Assembly: GCA_015491245.1 (NCBI GenBank)
Contig: WFWH01000021.1
Coordinates: 1 to 45,651 of the forward strand
Reading direction: 5' to 3'
Origin: Patescibacteria group bacterium
Lineage (GTDB): Bacteria > Patescibacteriota > Minisyncoccia > Phycocordibacterales > UBA12088
Length of the DNA stretch: 45,651 nt
A model generated the notes under the pieces. That model had not been told where the DNA came from and ran no database searches. It worked only from the letters and a program-made list of their open reading frames with translations. Position 1 is the stretch's first letter; the number at the start of each line of letters is the position of its first letter. A program made the translations under genes and the position numbers. Below are positions 44,894-45,651 of the stretch, piece by piece.

Positions 44894-45006
44894 GCGCGGT
44901 ATTGTACCACATGACCCCTTCCCTTCCGCAGATATTGCACGTCATTTTGGAAAATGTGCTATGTTGCGTGCCAGAAGATGAGCGGTGGCAGAAAGGAGAA
45001 AATGAG

Positions 45007-45651
45007 ATGGAAGAACTTACCCCGCGGGTATTCCGCGAAAGGACCGGAATAGATCTAGGCACAACGATTGACCTTGCCCGTATAGATAGAATAGTGGCGC
45101 CACGCGCACTCACAAAGGTCGAGGTAATGCTTCGTATGAGCAGGCAATACCTTCGCAGAATGCTAGATGGCGTAACGCTGGAAGGCGCCAATGCGCACCC
45201 CTATAGGGGATTGCAATTTTCGGTAGAGACAGTGGGGGGAGGTGGCCTTAAAAGGGCGCAGACGTTTGTGGAGGAGCAAAAACTGCTCTCGCTCGTTCGC
45301 GCTTTCGGCACCCTCTCCAGCGAATTTTGCGGAGAGAGCGGCTTTGCCGCACTGGCGCCCTATATTCTGCTGGGAAGAGATGGAGCGGGGCGTTTCTGTC
45401 TTGCCCACTATCTTCCACCCATCGTGGAAGAGCACCACACCGCGGGGCGCGTGCTCTTGGACGGGACTCATCGTGCGTCGTTGGTTGTCGCGGTGGGGAA
45501 CGGGATGACGGCGCTCGTAATAAAAAACGTCACCGTTCCATTTCCCGTCACCCCAGTTGCAGCCGATGAGGTTCGACTGGTCGCCACAAAACCAACAAAA
45601 AGAGCAGAGCGTTTTAAGAACTTAAATCCCTGTTTTTTCCGTGACCTCAAA
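45007..45651 (+). CDS. ParB/Sulfiredoxin-N-like domain protein, 3' partial (missing from the supplied ORF track)
   Basis: AAAGGAG site, then an open frame of 215 codons running off the window: MEELTPRVFRERTG...AQTFVEEQKL...YLPPIVEEH...VLLDGTHR... Confidence 0.7.
   Translation, partial: MEELTPRVFRERTGIDLGTTIDLARIDRIVAPRALTKVEVMLRMSRQYLRRMLDGVTLEGANAHPYRGLQFSVETVGGGGLKRAQTFVEEQKLLSLVRAFGTLSSEFCGESGFAALAPYILLGRDGAGRFCLAHYLPPIVEEHHTAGRVLLDGTHRASLVVAVGNGMTALVIKNVTVPFPVTPVAADEVRLVATKPTKRAERFKNLNPCFFRDLK

Noticed and set aside
1-45651. tRNA, rRNA or tmRNA genes
   Set aside because: No T-loop/cloverleaf or rRNA signature seen in intergenic regions by eye; tRNAscan/Infernal not run

Overview
Bacterial chromosomal window, genetic code 11. 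Gene order and the compact, Shine-Dalgarno-poor gene starts suggest Patescibacteria/CPR (Parcubacteria-like); this is an inference. From left to right: the end of a cell-wall cluster (mraY-ftsW-murG, M23 peptidase); a symmetric 11-6-11 dif-like site plus a second half-site where gene orientation flips (probable replication terminus); and a sugar/oxidative pentose-phosphate cluster (GH15, zwf, gnd, pgl, pgi, ROK kinase). That cluster is split between zwf and gnd by a complete type V-A CRISPR-Cas locus: cas12a-cas4-cas1-cas2 and an 18-repeat/17-spacer array, all on the minus strand. Housekeeping genes follow (rpmA, rplI, S41 peptidase, corA, cysS, dnaB, recR, HtrA, glmS, rplU, rmuC, P-type ATPase, mpg, truB, Ca/Na antiporter). 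The CRISPR locus is the most unusual part. (i) The cas2-array intergenic region holds a near full-length anti-repeat whose substitutions are almost all G-U-compatible on the pre-crRNA strand and which extends into anti-leader sequence: a tracrRNA-like or leader-repeat pairing element in a nominally tracr-independent system. (ii) One spacer is complementary over 22 nt to the array's own leader. (iii) Cas4 has no cysteines, so no Fe-S cluster. (iv) The GC-rich Cas12a keeps a CxxC...CxxC zinc ribbon around its Nuc domain and has divergent PAM-reading and pre-crRNA RNase residues. All calls come from reading motifs by eye; no database searches were run.
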